Made by a program: the position numbers and the translations under genes. Under the pieces are notes generated by a model. That model searched no databases, was not told the DNA's origin, and worked only from the letters and a program-made list of their open reading frames with translations. A DNA stretch of 64,000 nucleotides, from IMG/VR virus record IMGVR_UViG_3300025679_000005; one strand, 5' to 3'. Of this stretch, positions 37,170-45,833 are shown piece by piece. Positions within the stretch are counted from its first letter, which is position 1. Every line of letters starts with the position of its first letter. The stretch is from a virus (taxonomy: Duplodnaviria > Caudoviricetes).

Positions 37170-37593
37170 AAATCCTAGTTGTTCATGTAGCGGCAGCTGC
37201 ACAGAGAAGTTCCACGATACCTGTGGGTGCACTATTGACGGCGTGCAGGTAGTTAGTCCTGACCAACTGTACGAATTTCAGGGTGGGTCCGCTTGCAATC
37301 TCGACCGCAAGAACAACGTGTGGGTTGAGGGTCCCGTGGACTCGAACGGCGTTGGAGGCATCTGTTTGCTGGACACTCTGTGTGAGCAACAGATCGTCGA
37401 TGTCCTTCAACGAGACGACCGGGCTAGAGCGGATCTAGTGCGGGTCACGACCCACCCTCGTCTATTGGAACTGGCAGCAACTGTGCCACATCTTCCGAAG
37501 ACCAACGACGGGGACACTCTCCAGAAGGAGATGAATGCGGGAACGATCCCGTTTTACACTCAATTCCGCGGACAGCCGCCCTTCTCCCAATGA
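37159..37593 (+). CDS. Hypothetical protein with a Cys-rich N-terminus
   Basis: MACENPSCSCSGSC...CGC. Confidence 0.5.
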   Translation: MACENPSCSCSGSCTEKFHDTCGCTIDGVQVVSPDQLYEFQGGSACNLDRKNNVWVEGPVDSNGVGGICLLDTLCEQQIVDVLQRDDRARADLVRVTTHPRLLELAATVPHLPKTNDGDTLQKEMNAGTIPFYTQFRGQPPFSQ

Positions 37594-37931
37594 GCAGCTT
37601 CGGACGTAAGGCCCAGCGAAAGAATCGCCCCAAATCTGCCGGCGCTTCGACGCAGTTAACGAAAGCGATTGAGGCTCTTGGGCAGATCCAAGCTCTGGGA
37701 AACCTAGGAGATCTTGCCCCACTAGTCGAGGAGACACACCGTTTGGTGGTGTTGGCCTCGGAAGACGTTCAGAACGTTTCCCGAGAGCTGGCTCATCATC
37801 GAGCGGTGCTGGAGATTTTGGCCAAGGGGAATGGGGAGGCGATCCAGTTGCTCAGCTTCAACGATGACGACGAACTGCCTCAGGTCCCTCAGCTTGAAAT
37901 TGTAGACGTGAGGCATCGTGACCGAACATGA
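37590..37931 (+). CDS. Hypothetical protein
   Basis: ATGA overlap, 113 aa. Confidence 0.5.
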   Translation: MSSFGRKAQRKNRPKSAGASTQLTKAIEALGQIQALGNLGDLAPLVEETHRLVVLASEDVQNVSRELAHHRAVLEILAKGNGEAIQLLSFNDDDELPQVPQLEIVDVRHRDRT

Positions 37932-38445
37932 AGACCCGCCTTTTGATTCCACAGACAGCTCGACGAGCCCCAACCTCCCCAATCGAATGGGAGAGGCTGA
38001 TGCAGGTGGTGCTCACAAGGGCGTCCGCGATCTCGGATCCTCGTCTGAGCATGTTGAAGGCGGCGATCCCTCAGGGCAAGACCGAGCAGGTGCTTCGTCA
38101 AATGGGGATCATCTGCGAAAACGACGTGCAGAGAGAGTTGCCACTCCCAACGACGTAGGCGTAATCGAAGATGCCTTGCTTGAGGCATTTAAGCAAGGCG
38201 ACCCCGAGGCTGCGTACCAGCTCGTTCGCGACCTGGCTGATCTGGCTCTTAGTTCAGTGGTAGATGCGGCAAAGGCCAGATTTAAGGCTAACTTTGGCTC
38301 TAAACGTTGTCTGAGCTGTGAGGGCTTGGAGGTCAGTCCTGGGGTTGTGGCGACCTGTGTTCAGGTGAATCAATGCTACTACACGAACTTCAAGCAGGGG
38401 GATCTGACACCGAAGCAGGCTCGCATCCTCCGTGTCCTGGGTTGA
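37918..38445 (+). CDS. Hypothetical protein with C-terminal Cys pairs
   Basis: 175 aa; CLSC...CVQVNQC. Confidence 0.45.
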   Translation: MTEHEDPPFDSTDSSTSPNLPNRMGEADAGGAHKGVRDLGSSSEHVEGGDPSGQDRAGASSNGDHLRKRRAERVATPNDVGVIEDALLEAFKQGDPEAAYQLVRDLADLALSSVVDAAKARFKANFGSKRCLSCEGLEVSPGVVATCVQVNQCYYTNFKQGDLTPKQARILRVLG

Positions 38446-38532
38446 CCCTTGCATTGGTGTGAGCTAGGTGTTAGGTATATCAAGGGTGCTCTGCGAACCA
38501 CAGCACCCATATGTAAATCATAGGAGATAGAC

Positions 38533-39567
38533 ATGACGTTAGCGAAAGTGTTCCTGCAAATTGGGCAGGGCTTGGACGAAGAGATCGCCAAAGCCGGCCG
38601 TACTCTCAATGCTGCGATTGCTAGCAGCCTCAACAATCTGATGGCTAGCACCAGCCAGGGCCCCGCCAAGCGAGGTCTGAAGCCAAAGACAGCCATTGCT
38701 GCTCCAGTGCCACAACGGGCGAAGCCCAAGACGACGACGGCGGTAGCTGCTCCCAAAGCTCCCAAAGCTGTCAGCGCAGCCACTCGTGCCGCTGTTTCTA
38801 GGGGACGCCAAGCAGTCGTAAACGGGACTAGGCCGAAGGCAGTAGATGCTCTGGCCACGGTCATGGGCAATGCCACGATGAAGGCTGCGAGTATGGTGGC
38901 CGCCCTTGAGTCCCGTGGTTGGCTTCCAAACTCTGGCTCGCCACAGAACTACGTCAGCTATCTGCTCAGCTCAAACCCCGACATCTTTGAGCGGGTCAAT
39001 CGCGGCGAATACAGGGTCATCAAGGGTGCCAACCTGGGAAAAGCGCCAAAGACTGCTCCCAAGGCAGCAGCTCCGAAAGCAGTTGCCAAAACGGCCAAAG
39101 CTCCGAAAACCCAAAAGTTGGGTGCTAAGGCACCCAAAGCAGCCCCGGTGATTAACGCCGGAACAGTCCCGGGCGGAAAACGGCCGAAGGCGGTCGATGC
39201 TCTGGCCACGGTCATGGGCAATGCCACGATGAAGGCGGAGGATGTGGTCGCCGGCCTGGAGTCCCGTGGTTGGCTCCCCAATTCAGGAAAACCGCAGAAC
39301 TACGTCAGCTACCTGCTCAGTTCGAACCCCGACATCTTTGAGCGGGTCAATCGTGGTGAGTACAAGGTCATCAAGGACGCCAACCTGGGAAAAGCGGCAG
39401 GGGTCTCTAGCAGCGAAAACGGAAGCTCGGAGGCGGTAATTCCGGCTCCGAGCGCTTCCGTAGCTAGTGGCCCAGCCCCTCAAGAACTGGACGAAGACCT
39501 TGTTGACCTGCTTGGTGTGGGCCAAACCAGCGAAGTTGCTGGGAACCCCTACCACGCCAGAACCTGA
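38533..39567 (+). CDS. Histone-like Ala/Lys/Pro-rich protein with a duplicated winged-HTH-like domain
   Basis: PKA/AKA linkers around two near-identical ~70-aa domains. Confidence 0.65.
   Translation: MTLAKVFLQIGQGLDEEIAKAGRTLNAAIASSLNNLMASTSQGPAKRGLKPKTAIAAPVPQRAKPKTTTAVAAPKAPKAVSAATRAAVSRGRQAVVNGTRPKAVDALATVMGNATMKAASMVAALESRGWLPNSGSPQNYVSYLLSSNPDIFERVNRGEYRVIKGANLGKAPKTAPKAAAPKAVAKTAKAPKTQKLGAKAPKAAPVINAGTVPGGKRPKAVDALATVMGNATMKAEDVVAGLESRGWLPNSGKPQNYVSYLLSSNPDIFERVNRGEYKVIKDANLGKAAGVSSSENGSSEAVIPAPSASVASGPAPQELDEDLVDLLGVGQTSEVAGNPYHART
38831..39396 (+). repeat. Intragenic ~215-bp direct repeat (38831..39045 and 39182..39396)
   Basis: Offset 351 bp (117 codons) with long identical DNA stretches. 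Confidence 0.9.
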
Positions 39568-39591
39568 TAAATTGGGGATCTTTCAGATTCA

Positions 39592-39612
39592 ATTGCTCAG
39601 TACGCTGAGACA
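39592..39612 (+). repeat. 21-bp element ATTGCTCAGTACGCTGAGACA, copy 2
   Basis: Identical to 34493..34513; abuts ATG39612. Confidence 0.8.
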
Positions 39613-39953
39613 TGGATGATCTCCTCTTTCGGACCACGGTAATGATCGCCAGACGGCTGCTCAAAAGCCGCCTCAGGCTGTTCTTGAGCCGGATCATGGA
39701 AAGTGGGCCGGATGGCGAAAACTGGAAACCCGTCATCACCTTCGAAGAAGGTGTAGAAGAGGAGGCCAAGCAAGCGTGGCGTAACGTCCGCGGGTGTTGG
39801 GCCACCTCTTCTACATCGAAGGCCATGCTGGAATTCGCTGCCAAGCAAGCCTACCGTCAAGCTAAGCTTGATGTTATCGACTTGTTCCAGGCAGAGGTGG
39901 ACGATAAGTGGCTGAAGTCTTCAATCCGCAGTTACCGCCCGACTCTGGAGTAA
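39612..39953 (+). CDS. Hypothetical protein
   Basis: 113-aa ORF. Confidence 0.5.
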   Translation: MDDLLFRTTVMIARRLLKSRLRLFLSRIMESGPDGENWKPVITFEEGVEEEAKQAWRNVRGCWATSSTSKAMLEFAAKQAYRQAKLDVIDLFQAEVDDKWLKSSIRSYRPTLE

Positions 39954-39955
39954 AA

Positions 39956-40462
39956 ATGGAAATAGGTGATGTCACGCTCTACCAGAATCAGTACTGGAAG
40001 CTGGTTACACGGAACACGAACTTCCGCACGTGCGTGATCACGGACTTTGACGGCAACAAAGTCGAGATCCCAGATGACCTAGACAAGTCCGACAAATTGG
40101 CTGTGCTATACAATCCGTCGAAGTCTTGGCCCTTCACTTCAGTCCCCGACAAAATCAAGGCAGGACCTCTTCGAAGAGTGTCTAGGGGTACAACGCTGCT
40201 ACGTCCCATGGTCGACTGGATGCCCAGCGACTTCCTGAGGTCAGGGGGAGCAATTTTCTTCAATCCCGCCCTACGGTTGAGCACGGGCGAGATCCTAGTG
40301 GCCACCCACCAAAGCGGGGCCCTAAGCCGAATCACTATTACCAAAGCCTTCGGTACAGTGAGGCGTAAGATAGCTAGGGCTGAGAATAGGAGCGCCCCTC
40401 CGAAAGAGCCCATGTCCGTCTACGACCGCCTTATGGCCGGCGACATCTTTGAGGACAAGTAA
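39956..40462 (+). CDS. Hypothetical protein
   Basis: Likely start MEIGD just after the previous stop. Confidence 0.55.
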   Translation: MEIGDVTLYQNQYWKLVTRNTNFRTCVITDFDGNKVEIPDDLDKSDKLAVLYNPSKSWPFTSVPDKIKAGPLRRVSRGTTLLRPMVDWMPSDFLRSGGAIFFNPALRLSTGEILVATHQSGALSRITITKAFGTVRRKIARAENRSAPPKEPMSVYDRLMAGDIFEDK

Positions 40463-41680
40463 TCAACCCCATCCCTAAAGGGCGGAGTTTTGCAGATCAA
40501 GTCCATGGCTCACAACCACTTCAACCCTGTCCGCGTTTGGCCTGATTACGGTGGCCCGGCTAGCAATTACGCTAGCCGCGTTGGCGTCGGCATCCGCGCT
40601 GTGCCCACATGCAAGACAAGCAAACAGATCGCGAGTCTTACGGTTGGCCTTCTCGATATGACCGCAAACGCGGCATTCCCGGGAAGTATTGCGAGGATCG
40701 ACAAAACAGACAGCAACCCCAGCACGCTTGGCTTTGTACCCGATCTTGCTTTGCAAGTCAGCGAAGGCCCAAGAGTGCAGAGAGCGTCGTTGCGACCTGG
40801 AAGCTCGGATCCGGGAGCGGATGCCATCGAGGTTTTCGATGGCTATACCGCGTCCGGTGCGTTCGGCAGCATCGACAATCTGTTTAGAAATAACATGATT
40901 CACATGCGAAGAAAATCGGGATTCTTTGCGACGACGCTTCTTGAGCAGCCGTTTAGCGCTTTTGGTGCCTTTCGTTTGGAGCTTTTTGCGCAACCGGAAT
41001 GCCCGTCCGCGGAGTGCATTAAGGTGTGTTCCGCTGAAATTCTGGCCGTCGCTAGTGGTAGCAATATTCACGATGCCAACGTCTACCCCGAGCCAGCCAA
41101 GCGTCTTATGCTCTTCGGTGTCAGGCACATCGACAGTGACAAACAGGTAGAATTTTCGGTCACGAAGGATGAGATCGGTTTCGCCACGCTCGTACTTGAG
41201 CAAGGCTCGCTGGTGGGTGCCACAAACGAACGGGATACGTTGACGGCCGTTGACTGTCCAGATATTGGTGGAATCTCCCCGCCACGACAGGATCCTAGCA
41301 TCGTACGAGATGGCCCCCAGCGGCCGGAACGTTCGACGACAGATTTTGTCGAGTTTGTAGGAGTCAGCGACCTTGGCGATGCATCGCACGACTACCTGCG
41401 AGGACATTCCTGGAAATTCAGAGCGAGCGTCGTGATAAGCGAGCTTATGGAGGGCGAATTGCCGGAAGATCTGTCCTTCCCAGGCGCGGTCGGAAATCCA
41501 GTTGCAAGCAGCATTAGCTCGACGGATCGTAGCCTCAAGCGCAGCAAATTGCTCAGCCGTCGGCTTGAGCTGAACTTGCACCACGAGCTTCATTTCACAA
41601 TGCTAGCAGTTTCTATACTTGAAGCAAGCCAAGCCGTAACAAGTCTGCGCTCCATCCCGAACGGTCGGGTTTCCGCCTTG
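40460..41680 (-). mobile_element. Non-autonomous IS200/IS605-family (IS1341-like) element carrying only tnpB; ends approximate
   Basis: Right-end palindrome CTCCGCCCTTTAGGGATGGGG on the minus strand; related imperfect palindrome at ~41650-41676 in the same orientation; intergenic insertion; no tnpA. Confidence 0.75.
40475..41593 (-). CDS. tnpB: TnpB RNA-guided endonuclease (372 aa)
   Basis: RuvC-I LGVDVG, RuvC-II IAIENL, zinc finger CRVC...CLAC, RuvC-III DADANAA; ORF runs into the right-end hairpin. Confidence 0.93.
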   Translation of the reverse strand: MKLVVQVQLKPTAEQFAALEATIRRANAACNWISDRAWEGQIFRQFALHKLAYHDARSEFPGMSSQVVVRCIAKVADSYKLDKICRRTFRPLGAISYDARILSWRGDSTNIWTVNGRQRIPFVCGTHQRALLKYERGETDLILRDRKFYLFVTVDVPDTEEHKTLGWLGVDVGIVNIATTSDGQNFSGTHLNALRGRAFRLRKKLQTKGTKSAKRLLKKRRRKESRFSSHVNHVISKQIVDAAERTGRGIAIENLDGIRSRIRASRSQRRSLHSWAFADLQSKIGYKAKRAGVAVCFVDPRNTSRECRVCGHIEKANRKTRDLFACLACGHSADADANAASVIASRATVIRPNADRVEVVVSHGLDLQNSAL

Positions 41681-41688
41681 GAGACGGT

Positions 41689-42312
41689 ATGAAACGACGC
41701 CTTCCAGTGGTGAGTGAGCTACGCCTGGCCTCCGAGGAACTGGCGAGCAGCTACGAGCTTCAAATACAGTCAAAGCTCAGCGATACAGGGGATTCGATCT
41801 CCTGTCGGAAGGGCTGTAGCAACTGTTGCTCCCACCCTCTGTTGCTGACGATCCTCGAAGGACTTCACATCTACCAATGGCTGGCAGAGCATCGTCTTTG
41901 GAGCGGCGCCCTGAAGAAGTCGTTGACAGAGCACTCTGATAAGACCTTAGGACTTTCCCTAGAAATATGGTTGATGAGCCGGATCCCTTGTCCGCTACTA
42001 ACAGACAAGGGCCTTTGCCAGGCCTACCCTGCCCGTCCGTTTTCCTGCAAGGTCACGTATTCCGTGGGAGATCCTGCCGAATGCGAGCCACATGCAGTGA
42101 GTTCGAGTGTCAGCCTCATCCCTAAACGGGCTATCCTCGACGCCATTGCCTCGACGGAAGCGGCTTTGTTACATCGGCACAATCTGCCTCATGTACGAGT
42201 CCCCTTGTCGACGGCCCTGCTTTATGGGGAACGCATCGTCAAAGAAGAGCTGGATCTAGAGGACTTTCAGCGTTTCCTCAGTAAGGACATCGATGCCATC
42301 AACCAAAGTTAA
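41689..42312 (+). CDS. YkgJ/UPF0153 family Cys-cluster protein
   Basis: CRKGCSNCC...CPLL...CQAYPARPFSC. Confidence 0.85.
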   Translation: MKRRLPVVSELRLASEELASSYELQIQSKLSDTGDSISCRKGCSNCCSHPLLLTILEGLHIYQWLAEHRLWSGALKKSLTEHSDKTLGLSLEIWLMSRIPCPLLTDKGLCQAYPARPFSCKVTYSVGDPAECEPHAVSSSVSLIPKRAILDAIASTEAALLHRHNLPHVRVPLSTALLYGERIVKEELDLEDFQRFLSKDIDAINQS

Positions 42313-42589
42313 GTGTCTGATCTGCTCTGGAGAGCGCAACCGATCTGCCTGTAAAGTCATTGTTTTGACCTCGGCCGAACGTTCGGTTACGCAAAATCCA
42401 CTCGATGAGTACGTTTACTGCAACCCCTGCTGGAAGATTATGAAGAATCCGTCGACTGCGTCGGATTTGATGAGCGGGATTATGCTCATGCACCTCCAGC
42501 GGCTTGGTGTAAGTAACTCGAAGGAACTGGCTGCCAAGTACAAGGCTGGCCTTTTGCGTGGGATTACCGATGCCTCAAATGAAAGTTGA
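42293..42589 (+). CDS. Small zinc-finger protein
   Basis: CLIC...YCNPCW. Confidence 0.5.
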   Translation: MPSTKVKCLICSGERNRSACKVIVLTSAERSVTQNPLDEYVYCNPCWKIMKNPSTASDLMSGIMLMHLQRLGVSNSKELAAKYKAGLLRGITDASNES

Positions 42590-43211
42590 CGAAGTCATAG
42601 AGCAGATGCGTCAAATCCGCGAGAAGAGCGGTGAAGCCGCCTTCATCTCTGCTCGGGACAGCCTCGTGAGGATGCTGGTCAACACACCTAGGGGTGAGGA
42701 CTTTCTGAAGACGGTGTTCCCGGACTTGGATCTGGAACCTTACAAGGGGCAAGCTTCTGCCACCGATGAGAGCATGATGGCAGCTCTTCGGGCCAAGACT
42801 CCGAATCTGAAGACGAAGATGCAAATGCAGCTCCTGGTGACGGGCGCTGACGCCTACATGTTGGCCATGGATTGCCTGTTTGCTGGCAAGAAGGAAGAAG
42901 CCAAGCAGGCTATGAATGCTGTCATTGCTATCTGGGATGCCACTGAAAAGGCCACCGAGATCAGCGAGAAAGTAGCTGAGATCCCGGCAGAAGAACGTAG
43001 CGCCTCCGCCTCGGAGTTCGTGGATGCTCCCGATCAAGAGGAATACACGTACACTCAACTTATGTACGAAATGGCCCTGATCACCAGCAAGGAAGCTTTG
43101 GAGATCTGGTATCGGGACAAGCGCCAGGAGATGGAGAAGCTTCGGTCCCCAAAGTACCGCAATGGATTCTTCGATCGTATCCGTGACTTGAAGGGGTCAT
43201 TTTCTAACTGA
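42558..43211 (+). CDS. Hypothetical helical protein
   Basis: 217-aa ORF; the true start may be 42570 or 42579. Confidence 0.55.
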   Translation: MGLPMPQMKVDEVIEQMRQIREKSGEAAFISARDSLVRMLVNTPRGEDFLKTVFPDLDLEPYKGQASATDESMMAALRAKTPNLKTKMQMQLLVTGADAYMLAMDCLFAGKKEEAKQAMNAVIAIWDATEKATEISEKVAEIPAEERSASASEFVDAPDQEEYTYTQLMYEMALITSKEALEIWYRDKRQEMEKLRSPKYRNGFFDRIRDLKGSFSN

Positions 43212-43214
43212 AAG

Positions 43215-43715
43215 ATGGATATGGAAAATCAAATCTGCATCGGCCTATTCGGTACTTGCGACAAGATACGCTGGCGAGACCCCTTCATGGCCGCCTACGA
43301 TGCCAAGGGAGTCTCGTACTTCAACCCTATGGTCGACAACTGGCATCCAGGCATGGTCCCATTGGAAGCCCAGCACCTCGCTGAGGACCCGATCATTCTC
43401 TTCCCAATCCTCAAGGACTCCTACGGCCTGGGCTCGTTATCCGAGGTTGGCTTTGGACCCCTGAGGGCTCTACGTCAGAACAAGTACCGCTCCTTCGTGG
43501 TACTCATCGACGATGACGTGACCGATGCCCTCAAGGCAGATGCACTTCGTGCCAAGGATTCGACTAGGGGTCGGGCTCTCGTCAAAGGACATCTCAAGAA
43601 CATGGGCATGTCCAACCTTTACCTGGTGGAGACTCTAGACCAGATGCTGGAGACCAGCCTGAAGCTCCACAAGATTCACTCGAACTTGGAAGAACTTCAG
43701 GCTCTTCGAGCGTGA
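43215..43715 (+). CDS. Nucleoside 2-deoxyribosyltransferase-like protein
   Basis: IGLFGTC...WRD...YFNPMVDNW...E...GLGSLSEVG pattern. Confidence 0.65.
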   Translation: MDMENQICIGLFGTCDKIRWRDPFMAAYDAKGVSYFNPMVDNWHPGMVPLEAQHLAEDPIILFPILKDSYGLGSLSEVGFGPLRALRQNKYRSFVVLIDDDVTDALKADALRAKDSTRGRALVKGHLKNMGMSNLYLVETLDQMLETSLKLHKIHSNLEELQALRA

Positions 43716-43912
43716 TCCATCTTCGAAAAGATGGCCGTCGTGCCAAGATCCCTACGACTTGGTGCGGCGCCGATCCAACCTTAGAGATAGCGGTGCGTCA
43801 GGACGCCAAAGTTACATGCCTGAAGTGTCTTACCACTCTGAGCAGCTTTATTCTTGAGGCTGTTGAGAATGGTGAGCGTTTCCTCGCTACCTTTCCCGAA
43901 AGCAACCCATGA
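43712..43912 (+). CDS. Small metal-binding hypothetical protein
   Basis: H...C...VTCLKC; overlapping starts and stops. Confidence 0.45.
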   Translation: MIHLRKDGRRAKIPTTWCGADPTLEIAVRQDAKVTCLKCLTTLSSFILEAVENGERFLATFPESNP

Positions 43913-45255
43913 TCGAAATAGATAAAATACGAGCAGTCAACCACATCCTCGTCCATGACAATTGTTCGGACGGGACTGCCAGCGCTATGATCCTCAGGAA
44001 CGTCCTACCCAATGTGAAGGTCACCTTCATGCAGTACGAGACGGAAGCCCACAAGACGCTGGATCCAGAGCCTGGGCAGCTCTTCTGCGATCTCAGCCCC
44101 CACAGGGACCGTTACAAGGCCTTCTTGGAGGCCGGCGCCATCGTGCTTGACCATCACAAGACCGCCAAAGGCGTTGTTATGCCCTTCGTGGAGGCGGGCT
44201 TGGGAGCTTTCGGAGACGAAATAGCTAACCCAGGAGTGTGCGGGGCGGTATTGGCCTTTAGTGAGGTCTGGTCCGTCGTCAATGCTGACGAAATACTTCG
44301 GGAACATGTCGCCGACTTCTTGGAGGGGGCTCAAGACCTCCTAGATGAGGCGGAGACTGAAGCGGACCTGCTGTCTGTTCGGACGCTTCTGCTGGGCAAA
44401 AATGGGCCTATGACTGGGATTCTGAAAAGTTTGGGGACTGTGCTCGCCCCTAAGCGGGCTGAAATAGGCACCACAGTCAATGCTGCTAGGGATCACGTGG
44501 AAGCGCTATACAACCACCATCGAACCCGGATGCTGGGAATGCCCTATGGGGACACCCCTAGTACATACGGCCGAGGGACTTCAGGTGTAGTCCGCGTCAT
44601 GCAAGAACTCGCCACGTTGGCGGGCATCCGCGACACCTGGCAGAAGCAGGACCCACGGTTCCGCGAAGCCTGTGAGCAAGCTGACGCCCTGCATTGGTGG
44701 CCTTGGGAGAAAATAGACGGCACCAACTGGAGGGACTGGTCCAAACACCTGCTGGAAATAGGCCCGGTGCTCTACAATCGTAGCCTCAAGCACGTCGACA
44801 AGGCGATTGCAGGATCCTACAAGTTCACTTCAGAGAAGGGTCGCAAGGTCACGGTGTTCGAAGGCACGAAGCCGACCTCGGACGCAGCTGAGAAGATGGG
44901 AGCCGACAACGATTTGACGATCGGTTTCGCCCTGTTCGTGGAAGACGGTAAGCAGAAGATGATCTTCTCCACCCGTTCCCGAGGGGACTTCGATTGTAGC
45001 GCCTTTGCCGCCGCTTACGGTGGGGGTGGGCACACCAAAGCTGCCGGCTTCAGCCGTGACCTCAAGCCCCTGGACTTGCAGCCCTTCGCCCTGATTCAGC
45101 GCCTGTTCGAGATCTACGAGGGTCTGGAGGCCGATTGGAAGGTCCTGTTCAACTCCGAGGAGTACAAGAACAAGACCTTACCCAAAGACACCTACCAGAA
45201 GATGGTTACGAAGTACCTCGATGACCGGTTTGGGTCTTCAAGGATTACCCTCTGA
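43909..45255 (+). CDS. DHH/DHHA1 phosphoesterase with an inserted PheRS-alpha N-terminal-like coiled coil
   Basis: HDNCSDG, CDLS, LDHHKT, C-terminal GGGGHTKAAG; insert LLSVRTLLLGKNGPMTGILKSLG...R...G..VN. Confidence 0.8.
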   Translation: MIEIDKIRAVNHILVHDNCSDGTASAMILRNVLPNVKVTFMQYETEAHKTLDPEPGQLFCDLSPHRDRYKAFLEAGAIVLDHHKTAKGVVMPFVEAGLGAFGDEIANPGVCGAVLAFSEVWSVVNADEILREHVADFLEGAQDLLDEAETEADLLSVRTLLLGKNGPMTGILKSLGTVLAPKRAEIGTTVNAARDHVEALYNHHRTRMLGMPYGDTPSTYGRGTSGVVRVMQELATLAGIRDTWQKQDPRFREACEQADALHWWPWEKIDGTNWRDWSKHLLEIGPVLYNRSLKHVDKAIAGSYKFTSEKGRKVTVFEGTKPTSDAAEKMGADNDLTIGFALFVEDGKQKMIFSTRSRGDFDCSAFAAAYGGGGHTKAAGFSRDLKPLDLQPFALIQRLFEIYEGLEADWKVLFNSEEYKNKTLPKDTYQKMVTKYLDDRFGSSRITL

Positions 45256-45584
45256 TTCTTCATCGGCAGTAGCTCCGATGAAGATCTCCACCTCCATTCC
45301 CCGGATCTTGTTGAACAGGACGGGGTCTGGGGGCGGGATGTATTTGACGATCGGGTGCAGTTTACAACCCTCGTCCTGGCAAACTGAGGCCTCATCGTCC
45401 AGGGCATTGGGGTTGAAGATGCGAAGCTCCGCTTCTTATTGCTAGCCGTGAACCCCACCATCTCCCAATCAGCCCCCTCTGGAGGAACTGGATCAGAGGG
45501 TAGCGTATCGTATGAATCACCATCCCGATCCATGTACTCATGGTAGAGACTGCCGTGGGTTGTCTTGTATTCGTACTGTGTCAT
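45238..45584 (-). pseudogene. Possibly frameshifted gene
   Basis: The track ORF turns S/R/T/P-rich after GFTASNK; the -1 frame continues AELRIFNPNALDDEASVC...EGNP*. Confidence 0.3.
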
Positions 45585-45594
45585 TTCCTATCCT

Positions 45595-45622
45595 AACGGC
45601 TAGATGCCGGCGGGGATAAGGG
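45595..45622 (-). promoter_or_regulatory. Class A promoter-like motif CCCTTAT-N16-CCGTT
   Basis: Same spacing as the other copies; upstream of ATG45584. Confidence 0.6.
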
Positions 45623-45628
45623 GTTGCC

Positions 45629-45832
45629 TCACCAAAGAGGCTTCCCCTCGATGTGGGCAACGGCCAGGGTAGGGTGTCCACAATGGGCCTCGTTCTCCCA
45701 AACCAGTGTACCCTCAGTGCCCCTGGAAAATACATATTTTGGGTAGCGATACTCGATGGATTCCAAAGCCGCTGTGACACTGCTGTAGAAAGCAGAGTCC
45801 TGCTTACCTTCCATGTACTTGATCTGATACAT
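45629..45832 (-). CDS. Small hypothetical protein
   Basis: 67 aa, directly after the Ku stop. Confidence 0.45.
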   Translation of the reverse strand: MYQIKYMEGKQDSAFYSSVTAALESIEYRYPKYVFSRGTEGTLVWENEAHCGHPTLAVAHIEGKPLW

Positions 45833-45833
45833 C

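Noticed and set aside
40490-41692. 400-aa + strand ORF
   Set aside because: Antisense shadow of tnpB with no recognisable motifs
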